DNA from: Utricularia gibba
Lineage: Eukaryota > Plantae > Magnoliophyta
DNA: 64,000 bases
Reading direction: 5' to 3'
Assembly (NCBI GenBank): GCA_002189035.1
Contig: NEEC01000004.1
Coordinates: 310,001 to 374,000 of the forward strand
Shown here: piece by piece, positions 1 to 12,512 of the stretch
How the letters are laid out: the number at the start of each line of letters is the position of its first letter
Position numbering within the stretch: position 1 is the first letter of the stretch
Position numbers and translations under genes: made by a program
Notes under the pieces: generated by a model
What the model saw: only the letters and a program-made list of their open reading frames with translations
Database searches by the model: none
Told to the model about the DNA's origin: nothing

Positions 1-6
1 TGGAAG

Positions 7-2209
7 ATGGCGAATGAGGGGGAGGAGGTGACGCTGACGTCTTCGTTGTTGGAGAATCCCCAGTCATCGAATTTGATTGTGGGATTTTCCGAGCGGCAGG
101 TTTTTCTGGCGAGTGTGTGGACTGAAACGCGGAAGCTATGGAGAATCGTCGGTCCGGCCATCTTCAGCCGGCTCTCCACATATACGATGTTCCTCTTAAC
201 CCAGGCCTTCGCCGGCCACTTCGGCGACGTCGAGCTGGCCGCTATGTCCATCGCTACTACCGTCATTGCGGGCTTCGATTTCGGCCTCATGGTACCCCTA
301 CAGAAGGGATTTTTGTTGATTTTACGATCGGCGGTCTTTGAGATTTTCTTGTTTTTCAGATTGGGATGGCGAGTGCTCTGGAAACTCTTTGTGGGCAAGC
401 TTTTGGGGCGAAGAAGTATTATATGCTGGGTATTTATCTTCAGCGTTCGTGGATAGTCCTTTCACTCTGCGCTGTTCTGATTCTGCCGATGTTCATCTTC
501 GCGACTCCGGTTCTCAAGTTTCTTGGGCAGCCGGATGACGTGGCGGAGCTGACCGGAGTTTTAGCACTATGTTTCATTCCCTTGCATTTCAGCCTTGCTC
601 TGCAGTTACCGCTTCAGAGATTTTTGCAGAGCCAGCTGAAAAACAGCGCAATTGCTTGGGTTAGCTTCGTAGCCTTGGTCATTCACCTTTTTGCAAACTG
701 GTTGTTTATCGTTCATCTCCGGTTGGGAATCGTCGCAACGGCGCTGATCTTGAGTTTAAACTGGTGGGTGCTTGTGTTCGGCCTTTCGGCTTACACCCTT
801 TGCGGCGGATGCCCCCTTACGTGGACGGGCTTTTCCTCGGAGGCCTTCTCCGATCTATGGGGGTTCTTGAAGCTCTCTCTTTCCTCCGGCGTCATGCTAT
901 GGTAAAAATTCTGGATCCAGTTTACCGGCTGACACCTTTTTCCATCATCTTTTCTAAATTGGGGTTCGCTGCACCATCTCCATGAGTTTACTAACAAGTT
1001 GACTGTGTGTGTGTGCCTGTTTGATTTTTCCTTGTAGCTTGGAGAATTGGTACTACAGAATTCTTATCTTGATGACCGGTGGTCTAGAAAATGCTAAAAT
1101 TGCAGTGGACGCATTGTCAATCTGGTAGGCAAGCTTCTTCTTTTCTCACATACGTAACCAGATCCATTTCATAAATTCTGCAATAATTCGTTCTTCTGTG
1201 TTATTCAGCATGAACATCAACGGCTGGGAAATGATGATTCCATTCGCATTTTTCGCCGGTGTCGGGTAACATTCTGCCATTCGTTTCTTCCATATGAAGA
1301 CGAAACCGCACTGAGTATCACTGAAACAAGGCACAGGGATGGTTTACAATTGTTTGTCCTATTCTCAGGGTGAGGGTGGCTAACGAGCTGGGCGCCGGTA
1401 ACGGAAAAGGTGCGAAATTCGCGACGGCGGTGGCGGTGGCGCAGTCAATACTAATCGGTCTGGTCTTCTGGTTGCTGATAATATTTTTCCACGGAGAACT
1501 GGGGATGATATTCACCTCCAGCCAGCCCGTTCTCGACGCCGTCAAAAAACTCTCTCTTCTACTAGCTTTCACCGTCCTCCTCAACAGCGTTCAGCCCATT
1601 CTTTCCGGTAACCATCTATATACCCCTTTTTTTTAACAAAAAAAAAAAAAAAAAAAAAAAAGCGGAAGAAGGGACAGCATTCGGACGACAGTGTCTGCTC
1701 CAGACGAGACGTTTAAAAAAATGGGGTTGTTTGGATGAATGCATATGATGATGCGGTGCAGGGGTGGCGGTTGGGTCCGGATGGCAGGCGCACGTGGCGT
1801 ATATCAACCTTGGCTGCTACTACTTGATTGGGCTGCCCCTCGGCTTCCTCATGGGCTGGGTTTTCCATCAGGGCGTCATGGTATGATGATGATGATGATG
1901 CTATATTACATTGATCTCGAACACAATTAACAAATGATAACTACCTGATTAGGGGATCTGGGCGGGAATGATCTTCGGAGGAACCGCCGTGCAGACCGCG
2001 ATTCTCGTCATCATTACAGCGCGGTGTAACTGGGACGAGGAGGTAATCAGTTCAATTCAATTACGCCTTAATGACGATAAATGGTTTAGAAGTTGGAAAT
2101 AGAAACGTGCATAAAACAAACCCGTCTCTGATTTCGGCGCCGTGGCGTGCAGGCTGCCAAGGCGGTCAAGCATGTGGACAGATGGTCCAAGTCGTTGGGG
2201 AAGGCGTGA
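7..2209 (+). CDS. MATE efflux family protein (DETOXIFICATION 27-like), 8 exons, 491 aa
   Basis: Exons 7-291, 360-901, 1038-1124, 1209-1265, 1369-1607, 1762-1880, 1953-2042, 2153-2209; all GT-AG, total 1476 nt in frame. MATE motifs [56 protein letters not shown]. Confidence 0.96.
1627..1661 (+). repeat. Homopolymer tract T8-AAC-A24 in MATE intron 5
   Basis: Read directly from the sequence; no target-site duplication seen. Confidence 0.9.
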
Positions 2210-5200
2210 GAGCGATTAGCAGATGGAAGCTATCGAACTGGGAATCTGAATCACCAAACGCTACCCAGTTACCACTCCATGAAGGAAAGGAACACACGTG
2301 TGTTTTGTGGACACAGAATACTACTACTGTTAATGCTCCTTCGCGAATCCTCGGGGATCATCTTCCTGAAAACTGTGGATTGATCCCCTGAAATGACATT
2401 TTTCATTGAATAAGCCATTTTTGTCGTCCACTGGGTGGTGAAGAAAACAATGCACCCCACATGATGGACATATAATAAAAGGGTTTCGTAAATCCTGGCC
2501 CTTCCTTTTTGCGTTTTTGTTTCTCCTTTCAATCACGTGGTTTGACTCGTTGATCGACAACGAAGGCGATGGGCTAACCGCTAGACCAGAAACGTTCCAA
2601 TCGGCAGAAACAGATGATGAAATCCTCCCGTGTTGCTTTTCATCCTCACACACTTGACAGCGCAGTTATTCCGGCGCATCAAGTGGTGGCTCATCCAGAA
2701 GAAGCGTAGATGGATGGATGAACACGGACTCATCCTTGAGCTCGACAACCCCAACCCTGATGCATGGAGGGAAGAATGAAGCAAACCAGGCATACCAGTG
2801 ACTGATTCATTCAACATAAAAAGATTAGAATCCACTGCCAAAATGGGATGCACAAACCCCAAAATCAAACTCATCATTATCATTTTCACTGTTTGAATTC
2901 AATGGAGATCAGAGATTTGGAGGAGAATTGGAGCAAACTCATCATTTCTTATGCTTGACCTGTGGCAGAGCCACATGATGTACACATTCTATTGGCGTAG
3001 AGCACTTTGGGCCTCCAGCCCAATAAGTTGTTCCATACCATACTCAACAATTTGCCAATAAAGCCCATCAAATATTGTACTATAGAAATCAGACATAAAA
3101 AGCAGCATCCCAACTAAGAATTTTATTTCATAAAGTTTTAGATTAAATCCATTAAGCGTTGGGTAGATAATTGGAAGCATTTCACCATTATTTTATTTAA
3201 TAAAGTTTCCAATTTTATGTACTACAAAAAACGTAATGGCTACGAGGTGAGTATTAAATGTTTATTTAGAATAGTTTATGTTATAAAAAAAAATCCAGAA
3301 ATATTTTAAATTTTTAAAAATCATTTCCCGAAAAAGTAATTTTCAATAATTTACTATCATGGCTTCGGGAGTCCATCTTTGACTTGTATTGACGAGGCGC
3401 GGGCCCCATGACGTTCCGTAATTAAGAGTTTAGGGCCCATTTATACAATTTTTTTTAAAAAAAAAGAGGTAGCATGAGATGACAAAAAGGGGGTGAGGTT
3501 AGGTTGTGACTTTGCAACATCACATCCATAAAAAAAAAATATAATCAATTCGTCCAATAAATGCATTTTCATTTACGCAAGAATAAAATACTTCAGAATT
3601 TCCACGTGGCGTTCTTGATTGAATTGAGCCCTGTTGCTACACATTTTCATATAAAACCAATGTTTTTAAATTTGGGTCCAAATTTCACATTTTTTTTTCC
3701 GAAATTAGAAGATGGTCTACCATAAATCGAAACTCGGATCCGTACGAATCCCACAAAATGGTTATTAAATAAAGACAATAAAGTAAACAAGAGGAAGGAC
3801 AAGTTTTTCATCGTTTTTGTTGTGCTGTTGGTGGAGGTTGATCTTAGAATTCGAAACCCTCCTTGCCTTTTAATCATCAGCAATTCACATTCCTAAATGT
3901 GGAGTTAGTCTATTTGTACATCTTTTAGATGGGGTTTGTGAGTTAACTAAAATATATTTATTTGAATTTATTTTTATTAAATACAATATAGTTTACTAAT
4001 TGTGTGTATAAAATTATAACCACACATGGGTTTCCCTGCATTAAAAATCGCCCATGGGAATGGTAATAACCAAATACTGCAAATCTACATAAATGTGTTT
4101 AAGAAAACATTTTTCCGGCGTTTTATATTATTCAAAAATAAAAATGATAATAAATAAAACTGGGTCACGGCGACTGCGGTGTGACGGGATCTTTTTCTTT
4201 TTTTTTTCTTTGCAAATGGGGAAAAAAAAAAGAGCAGGAAGAAGAGATGCGGGTGCCGGTCCTAGTAGTAATGGTCATGGCGCAAGGACAAGTACCCGTT
4301 GTGTTCAAAATGGGGACGTCGGGTTTGTTTGCATTTAAGAGCGAAAGCGAAGGATGGCATGCTTGTCTGGTGCATTGGCGCCTTTGTAACTGTCGGGAAA
4401 TTTCCCAGTAAACGTCGAGATGTGTGTGCTTATTTGCGCTGGTCCTCCTTTGGACCACTTGTCTATCCAGCTCCGGTCCGGACAAGCAACAAAGCTACAT
4501 GAGAAAGTTGGCGAGTCATCGACATTTTGATCTCGACGTCCCCAGGGAGGCCCATGCCTTGTTCAAATTGCATCGCGAAAACGATATCCCTGTAATCACA
4601 CTCTTTTAAGCTCCGGGGTTAGATATTGACAGTCAGTTCCCTGTGCTATTTGGGCTGCCAATCATCATACTCATACGCCTGCCTGCTCGCTCGCTTGCTA
4701 GCTCCATCTCCTGCTGCTGCTGCTGCAGCTGCAGCTGTTTTGTTTGGATGGAACTTCACAGTCCACAGTACACAGGATGTTTATTAATTTGAAAAAGGGA
4801 AACAGAATCGTTTGTTTTTGTACCTGAGTTCTTCCCTGATAACAGGGAGAAAACACTGAGTTTCGTTTTGGGGTACTGCGGGAGCTTGCTGGAAGATAAC
4901 TCTGAGTTCCACGCTAAGGGACTGCCTGCACCAGCCACAGAGTAGCAGAGCCGATGGATGGGTGGATGGATGGATGATTCCCTGACGCCACTGAAATCTG
5001 GAGGGGGCAGAGGACCGGCGCGTAGACCGACGCGCGCCGGATCACAGCATGATCGTGCGCTGCATCTGCAAGCGATGATGACGGATCCAAGACAGGGACA
5101 TGGCAATCGCATGTGGGATGAATTTAGGATCATTTCATTTGAGCATCCACGGAGATAACCTAACCCTGGTTACAATCTAACCGCACAAATGCATCCAACC

Positions 5201-5515
5201 CTGGTTGGGTGGTTTATTAAAATACAAGCATTTTTTTATATCGTGGGACAGTTCACTGATATTCTTCTTCTCACATCTCCACTCCACGGCTTCTTCTCCA
5301 TCTCGTCTAAACTTGCTCTCTCAGACCGCTGTTGATGTCAAGGAAGAAAGTGTAAGAAATGGAGGAGTTTTCATTTCCTTGATGCTTTGGTTGGTGTTGT
5401 GTTGGGATTCAACTGGAATTGGGTGTCCCCGAGTTTTGATCTTTCCTTTTTCCCCTGCTCTCCACTTTCTTGAAGCTAATTTTTTTATATTCCTTTAAAT
5501 GTGTGTTCTTTAGAG

Positions 5516-5659
5516 ATGATAGAAAAAGGAGAAGAATGGAGTACCCAAGAAAGAGAAAAAGCTGTGAAACGATTCCTAGGTAACTGTGCCCCTTGGGATT
5601 GTCTATTGCTGGACGTTGCTGCTGTGCTGCATCTTCCCTGTAAAGGGATTGGTTCCTAG
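5516..5659 (+). other. Candidate upstream ORF (47 aa) in the HD-Zip 5' leader
   Basis: ATG 5516 to TAG 5659: MIEKGEEWSTQEREKAVKRFLGNCAPWDCLLLDVAAVLHLPCKGIGS. Starts 2 nt after a ttctttAG acceptor-like site (5512-5513) and ends 69 nt before the main ATG. Confidence 0.45.
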
Positions 5660-5728
5660 AAAAAAAAATACCCTCAGCTTGGCTTTGCGGTTTCTTTGAG
5701 GAGACCTGTAAAAAGGGTGCGATAACTC

Positions 5729-6801
5729 ATGAAAGGACTTGCCGATCCTGATCTTTTTGCTGGTTCAGGTGTGTGAATTCAAAACTTTATTCCATTCTGC
5801 ACCTTCCAAATCATGATCTCTATTTTCAGCTTCTGTTGCATACACCAGCCTTACTTCTGGTTTACATTTGGAGTAGTGTGTCCTAGAGCAAATTCCCATC
5901 TTCTTATTCTCTGTAGATGGGCAAAACCAAGCAAATAAGGCCGTCCACATGAGGGATTTTCATGCCATGTTGGATGAAGAAGCAGAAGAATCATGCCAAG
6001 TTATGGAGAAGAAGAGGAGATTAAACTTTGATCAAGTCAAGGCATTGGAGAAGAACTTTGAGGTTGATAACAAGCTTGAGCCTGAGAGGAAGTTGAAATT
6101 GGCTCAAGAACTTGGGCTGCAGCCCAGACAAGTAGCTGTCTGGTTCCAAAACCGCCGCGCCCGCTGGAAAACCAAGCAATTAGAAAGAGACTACGGCGTC
6201 CTCAAAGCTGAGTATGATGCTCTGAAGCACAGCTTGGAGAAACTCCACCATGAAAACGAAACTTTTCTGAAAGAGGTAATCGTGTTATGTATGAACACAC
6301 ACTTCAATGACTACTGATGAAAATTGGCTTCTGGGGTGTGTTTAGATTGAAGATCTGAAATCTCAACTGAAGGAAGACAGAGAAAATGGTGATGATCTGA
6401 AGAAGCAGACGCTGGTCACTCACCCTGGTGCTGAGATGAATGTAGAAATCGCTCTTACTTCCCAAGAGTCGCCAGCGGAAATGAAGATTGAGATCAGGAA
6501 GGAGATATTGGGAGGAAATTCCGACAGTGATTCCAGTGCAATCGTGAACGAGGACAACAGCAGTAGCCCCACGGCGGCGATTTCTTCCTCCAACGCGCAT
6601 CAGGTTCCGGGATCTGCTCCTCAGATCAACCCAAGTTTCGAAATTTATGACGGAGAAACCATCTTCGCAGAGGCCCACAAAGCTTATTGCCACCCACATT
6701 TCGTCAAGATCGAAGAACCCAACTTTTTGTGCGAAGACTCATGTAGCAGTTTCTTTGCAGAGGATCCAGCCCCCAGCCTTCACTGGTACGAGTGGAACTG
6801 A
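5729..6801 (+). CDS. Class I homeodomain-leucine zipper protein, ATHB6/ATHB16-like, 3 exons, 284 aa
   Basis: Exons 5729-5768, 5917-6275, 6346-6801 (855 nt). Homeodomain KKRRL...[18 protein letters not shown], leucine zipper, C-terminal HFVKIEE...[13 protein letters not shown] tail typical of this clade. Confidence 0.95.
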
Positions 6802-6959
6802 GAACGGGGAGAGAACTGATGACGCGTTGACTTCTTGTATGAATGGAAGGCAAAATGGGCATCCCACATCGAATTTAAACTTGTGTATTTCATTAAGCTG
6901 CCCCTCAAACCTGACAATTAAAAGGGGTTCCAGAATGCAACAGAATGGAACGTCGATTC

Positions 6960-8857
6960 TCACTTTACGATGCATATCTTGATAACAGAAGCACCACCAA
7001 TACGATGAAGAGCAACCACAGCATCACCTGGCACGCAGAGCCCCTTTGAAGTTGCCAGCTTCAGTGCACGTTCAAGAATGGCTTCAGTTGATTCTGCATC
7101 CGTCGCCCTGGCGGAGCCCTCGGCAAGAACTGGAATCAGGCCCCTGTAGACAAGGCTCTGCAATGCAGGAGTTTCATCACTGACTGACCAGTCAAAGGAG
7201 TCGGTGCTCAGAACAGGGACGACGACGGACAGGACTGGAACCGCAGGGCGGTACTTGGCCACCAGCTTGGCCGTCGTCCCACCGCGTGTCATTACCACGA
7301 TGAGCTTCGCTCTGGCTTTGTATGCAGTCCGCACTGCAGAGGAAGCCAGAGATTCCAAGGGGCTCATGGGCAGTGGGGTTGACTGGATCATGGATTTGAA
7401 GATGGATGCATAGTCGAGGGAAGACTCTGCCTCAACGCAGATCCGGGCCATAATCTTGACGGCAAGCTCTGGATAGGCTCCGGCAGCACTCTCCCCGCTG
7501 AGCATCACACAGTCGGTGCCATCCAGGACGGCGTTCGCCACATCGGTTGCCTCAGCACGCGTGGGACGGGGCGACTTGATCATGGATTCCAGCATCTGTG
7601 TGGCTGTTACCACAGGCTTACCTGCAAGGTTGCACTTGTATATCATCATTTTCTGGGCGAGAAAGATCTTTTCAACTGGAATTTCCATTCCCAGATCACC
7701 ACGAGCAACCATAAACGAGTCCGTCTCATGCAGAATATCATCAAAGTTTACAATCCCCTCCTGATTCTCAACCTGGAAAAACGACATCAATCTGAAGTTT
7801 GATGTATCATACAGAAAAGGAACGCAGTGTTAATTCAAGCAAACCTTTGACATCAGCTGTATACGCTTGGCATGAGGTCCAAGAACTTTCCTCACATTCA
7901 CCAGATCAGATCCTTTGCGTACAAACGAGAGAGCAATCATATCGATGTTATTCGGCACACCCCATCCAAGGATGTCTTCTTCATCTTTCTCCGTAAGTGT
8001 GGGAAGATCAACAACAATGCCTGGTAAATTGACATTCTTCCGCTCACCTAGCATGGCGGTGTTCTGGCAGCGGCATCTCACTGTCCCTGAAGCAGGGTCG
8101 CATGACAAAACATACAGTGTAATGGTACCGTCAGAGCAAAGAATTGTGTTTCCAGGTTTCAAGTCCACAGGTAATTTCTTGTAGCTCATAGAGATCATGC
8201 TCGTGTCTCCTTTGATGCTGTAATCGGTTGTTATAGTAATTTCTTGTCCTTCCTTCAGCTGAATAGGCTTCCCATCCTTTAGGAAACCAGTCCGAATCTC
8301 TGGACCCTGGTCAAGAATACAAAAGAACTAAGAAAGAATGCAAAGACTGAATATCATCAAATTTGAAGCATCACTTCCTATCCACTCAGCTCACAACCAT
8401 TCCATGAAATATGATGCTCGAGTATCAACATCACAGTACACAGGCTGTCAGCCATAGAAGATTATGGCTATAACATCAAACTAAAGTCTTTACCCTAGAA
8501 TGGGCATCAGCTGAAACATTACGTAAACATAGACTAGCTGCCAAGTAGGAAAAGCCATGATTCAAGTTGTTCAGGGAATAGACAGTAAGAATAAACCTTA
8601 GTATCAAGCATGACAGCACAGAGAATCTGGGTATTATGCATTGCGATTCTGAGATTGTTTAGAGTTTCCTGATGGTACTCATGGGTACCATGGGAGAAGT
8701 TGAATCGAGCGACATTCATCCCAGCACGAAGGAGATTCTCCAACATCGGCGCTGTCCTTGAAGCGGGCCCCAAAGTGCACACAATCTTCGTCTTCGGGAT
8801 CCGCATATCCGGCACCTGCTGCCCCTTGAGGATTTCCTCAATGTCTATATTCGCCAT
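6960..8857 (-). CDS. PK: Pyruvate kinase, cytosolic isozyme, 3 exons, 511 aa
   Basis: Exons 8857-8597, 8306-7845, 7772-6960 (1536 nt). Motifs KTKIVCTLGP, MLDTKGPEIRT, MVARGDLGMEIP, DGTDCVMLSGESAAG; no transit peptide. Confidence 0.97.
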
Positions 8858-9751
8858 CCTAGTTCACTGCAAACGCAAAAGGATACAAACCCATCTAAGC
8901 ATATGAAGTTTAAAAAAAACACATCTTGCAGCGACCCAGTTAGACCCAATTACAACCCAAAGCGATGTGCAAAGGCCCCAAATCGATTAACATCCCGAGT
9001 GCTGGGAAAAAGAACAGTAAAACTTGAAGAAGAAGAAGAAAAAAGGAAAAGCAGAAGACATACAGAAAATCTATGGTCACAACAGGAAGGCCTAACCTCG
9101 TCTCCTAAGGGGAGCAACTGGATCCGATCTTGACCTCCTCCTCTTCTTACAGCAGTAACACGATAGTCAATGAAAGAATACACGCTTCAAACGACACGGA
9201 ATATTCGGCTTCGTCCGTCTTTTTTCTCCAAAAAAACCCAAACAATAAAAGGTTCAAAATTTAAAAATGTTGCGTTTCCTTGGAAAAAAGAAAGTATTTT
9301 GTAACGACTCTATAATCACCTTACCCATTCCCTTTGTTTTTTTTTTTCTGGAAATTCGTCGGTCCAGTAGCATTCAATTAAACATGGAAGCTGAACAGAA
9401 GCAGAAGCAAGTGAACGGGAAACAACCAACCATGTCACAAATACGAAGCCACCAAACCAATAACTTGAGCCATTATAAAGTATAAACCACCCTAGTTCTC
9501 TTTAATGTATAGAGTGGGCACACACGATCCTTTTCTTCTTCATAGTTCTGGTAAAAAGAAAACAGTGAATGTTGAAATAGAGATCAAACAAATGGGGCTG
9601 GGGCTAAAGACTATGTAGCATCAAAGGCCACCCAAAAGGAGATGTAATGTCGAATAATCAATTCACACACAGCATTTCTTCAGTCAAATTGCAAAAACGA
9701 TAGCAGCAGTAGTAGAAGAATGAGAGGAAAGGAGTGTAGGATGCTCAAATC

Positions 9752-11046
9752 CTAGTCATCGTCCAGCTTCGGTGCTTCTTTGATGTCCTCAGAGTTATCA
9801 TCCTAGCAAAGAAACACAAGGATGAGTGAGGATCCCAAACAAATTCTTCATCTCTTGTTGGAGAAAGAATTAATAGCCTCACAGGTGATGTGTTTGAAAA
9901 GCTATGTTTTTAAGCAGGGAAAGAGAAGGACCTGCATGTCAGAAGTCCAGAGAGTAAGGTTGTCTCTCAGAAGTTGCATAATCAGTGTGCTATCCTTGTA
10001 TGACTCCTCTCCAAGGGTATCCAACTCCGATATTGCATCATCGAAAGCCTTGAGAATTTAGAAGCAAAACTTACAGAAATCAAACATGTACCAAGTTCGA
10101 AAAAGATGTGTACACTGTGGAGCATCATAAGCAAGGCTACCTGCTTGGCAAGGTTGCAAGCACGATCAGGGGAGTTCAAAATCTCGTAGTAAAATACAGA
10201 GAAGTTGAGTGCCAGGCCAAGGCGGATTGGATGAGTTGGAGGTAACTCACTGTTTGCAATGTCCTGCAGCCCACCCACAAGATGATTATCGGTAGTTAAC
10301 ATTTTGTTTTACTATTGAAGGATACGAAAAGTTCGCAGAGAATTGAGCAAATAATGAGGCAGCAGGAAATGTCTGCATTTCAGAAATTCAGTAACCCTAA
10401 GGATCCGTACTGACAAACAAAAATAGCCACAGAGAACTGCGTCAACTGAACAAAATTTGCTCAAAATTAACATTATCTAATGTGCGAATTTGGTGGCAAG
10501 CATTCCAGATCCGGCTTGTGGCCAGAAGAAAGCAATAACAACAGTTATCTAAAAATTGAGAATGGAAACCTGGGCAGATTTGTAGGCAGAGAGGGTGTTC
10601 TCGGCTGCATCCTTCCGTTCTGCACCGATCTTAAATTCAGCCAGATAACGATGATAATCGCCTTTCATCTTGAGGTAGAAGACCTTGGAATCACCGGTGG
10701 CCGCTGAAACGACGAGTCTCTCGTCGAGTAATTTCAAAATGCCGCTGCAAATGGAGGAGAGCTCAGATTCGATCTTAGATCTATAGCTTTTGATGGCAGA
10801 CACGTGACCTTCGTTGCCACGACTCTCCTCCTTCTGTTCGATCGACGAAATGATCCTCCAGGAAGCGCGCCTAGCGCCGATAACATTCTTGTAGGCGACA
10901 GAGAGAAGGTTACGCTCCTCGACGGTGAGTTCCTCGCCGCTGACGGAACCGACGACCTTCTCCATAAACTCCACCATTTCCTCGTAGCGCTCGGCTTGCT
11001 CGGCGAGCTTCGCCATGTACACATTCTCTTCCCGTGGAGACGCCAT
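9752..11046 (-). CDS. GRF: 14-3-3 protein (non-epsilon group), 4 exons, 255 aa
   Basis: Exons 11046-10570, 10263-10141, 10048-9932, 9802-9752 (768 nt). Motifs [62 protein letters not shown]. Confidence 0.97.
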
Positions 11047-12041
11047 CTTCAGATCTGCTCAAGGATTCGAGTGGACGTTCCCTTTGCGCGGAGAGATGCG
11101 ACTCCAGAAATGGTGAAGGATGCGGTTTTTGGTCATCAAATATCACTTCTTTTTTCAAAATAAATACAATATAAATTATATCTTAATTCCTCCCCATTCC
11201 CTAGCACATGCTGCTGTTCCAGCCCTAGTTTTGAGTTTCCTTATCCCATTATACGTGTGAATAAACGAATTATTATAAATATTGATTTTTTTATTTAATA
11301 TATAAAAAAGGAAAAAAAATCTGAATTAGGATGTGTGGTTATGCCAAAGATAAATGACTTGTCCCTAGAGAAAGACCATTTTACCCCTACTCTATTCTTT
11401 TACACAAAATGTGGGCTATGATTGAGGTTGACTTTTTAGATGTCTAGTTTCGTAATTTGACCAAGGAGACTAATTAATATATAGGTAGGATAGGATTAGG
11501 AGTATATTTGCCTTTCTTGATATATTAATTTAATATTAAAAATGACTATAATTTATATTGTTTTATAAATGAAAATAAAATTTGATGATTTAATGGAGAA
11601 AATAACAGCCGGAAAGGTACTGAGCATAAAGCAGTACGTATTATTCGTTAATTAGTACTGAGAGGCATTAAATGGGAAAAATAATATTAATAAAAAAAGA
11701 AGCGCGTTACATTATGAATCTCCGTTCCAGGTGGTCCATTTGGCCCAAAGGAATTATTGGGTCAATAGCCCAAAGAATCTACTGCCAGGCCCACAAATAA
11801 TTCAACCGTTTCTATTTTTATATGATTTTCAGACGGTCAGCATGACTGCCGTGGCAGTGTTTGGGACGCTTGTCGTGTTGTACCTTGTGGGCCCTCCATT
11901 CACCGAAAGGCACAATCATTTTAGCCCTTAGGCATCTCATCAGAATTTAATACAAACTATTTTGTGCTTTTTTTAATTTTATCAAATTAATACAATGCCA
12001 TTTTTTTAGTGGTATGGTGAGTTTTTAATTTTGTTACTCTT

Positions 12042-12042
<1 letters not shown>

Positions 12043-12072
<30 letters not shown>

Positions 12073-12075
12073 AAT
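12043..12075 (+). repeat. (ATT)n microsatellite running into a TATAAATA box about 100 nt upstream of the EPFL ORF
   Basis: ttattattattattattattattattatataaata read directly; the TATA role is inferred from position. Confidence 0.7.
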
Positions 12076-12170
12076 ATATTAAATGGGGTTATATAATGGG
12101 GGGTGGCTCATCATTTTACCTGCGGAGTTCCGAGCTGGTCTCTGAAATAAATGGATAGAGACGGTGATGA

Positions 12171-12512
12171 ATGAATGACATGGTTTCATTCCATGCGGCA
12201 GCACCGCCTCTGTTGATGATACATCCTCTTATCCTCCTCCTCCTCCTCTTGTCGTCCTCGTCGTCTCTGGGTTGGAATTCCGATCGTCTTACGGCGGAGG
12301 AGAGCTCGAGATTGGGGTCGAAGCCACCGAGTTGCCACAGCAAATGCAACCAATGCCGACCATGCACGCTGGCGCAGGAGCCGTTGTTGACCGGAGATGG
12401 CAGCTCGCCTGTGGGTGACGATGATCCACCGCCGCCGCTCGGAGGGAGGCACTCTAACTACAAGCCTCTGGCTTGGATGTGCTTCTGCCGTGGCCGTTTT
12501 TACAACATTTGA
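12171..12512 (+). CDS. EPFL: EPIDERMAL PATTERNING FACTOR-like secreted Cys-rich peptide, EPFL1-like, single exon
   Basis: Hydrophobic signal region (PLILLLLLLSSSSS), then GSKPPSCHSKCNQCRPC...SNYKPLAWMCFCRGRFYNI with the 6 conserved Cys. Start may be Met at 12171 or 12180. Confidence 0.9.
   Translation: MNDMVSFHAAAPPLLMIHPLILLLLLLSSSSSLGWNSDRLTAEESSRLGSKPPSCHSKCNQCRPCTLAQEPLLTGDGSSPVGDDDPPPPLGGRHSNYKPLAWMCFCRGRFYNI

Noticed and set aside
1627-1661. A24 tract as a SINE/LINE tail
   Set aside because: No element body or target-site duplication; treated as a simple homopolymer.
2774-2782. GAATGAAGC, partial complement of miR166
   Set aside because: Matches only the 3' half of the miRNA; no seed pairing and no precursor hairpin.
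6861-6871. Perfect plant snRNA upstream element ATCCCACATCG
   Set aside because: No TATA box at Pol III (about 25 nt) or Pol II (about 33 nt) spacing, no snRNA-like sequence follows, and it lies in a 158-nt shared 3' UTR; a chance hit is plausible.
7204-8184. Plus-strand ORFs overlapping pyruvate kinase (similar cases opposite 14-3-3, RLCK, trihelix, ASP and RAP74)
   Set aside because: Antisense shadows of GC3-rich coding sequence with no independent motifs.
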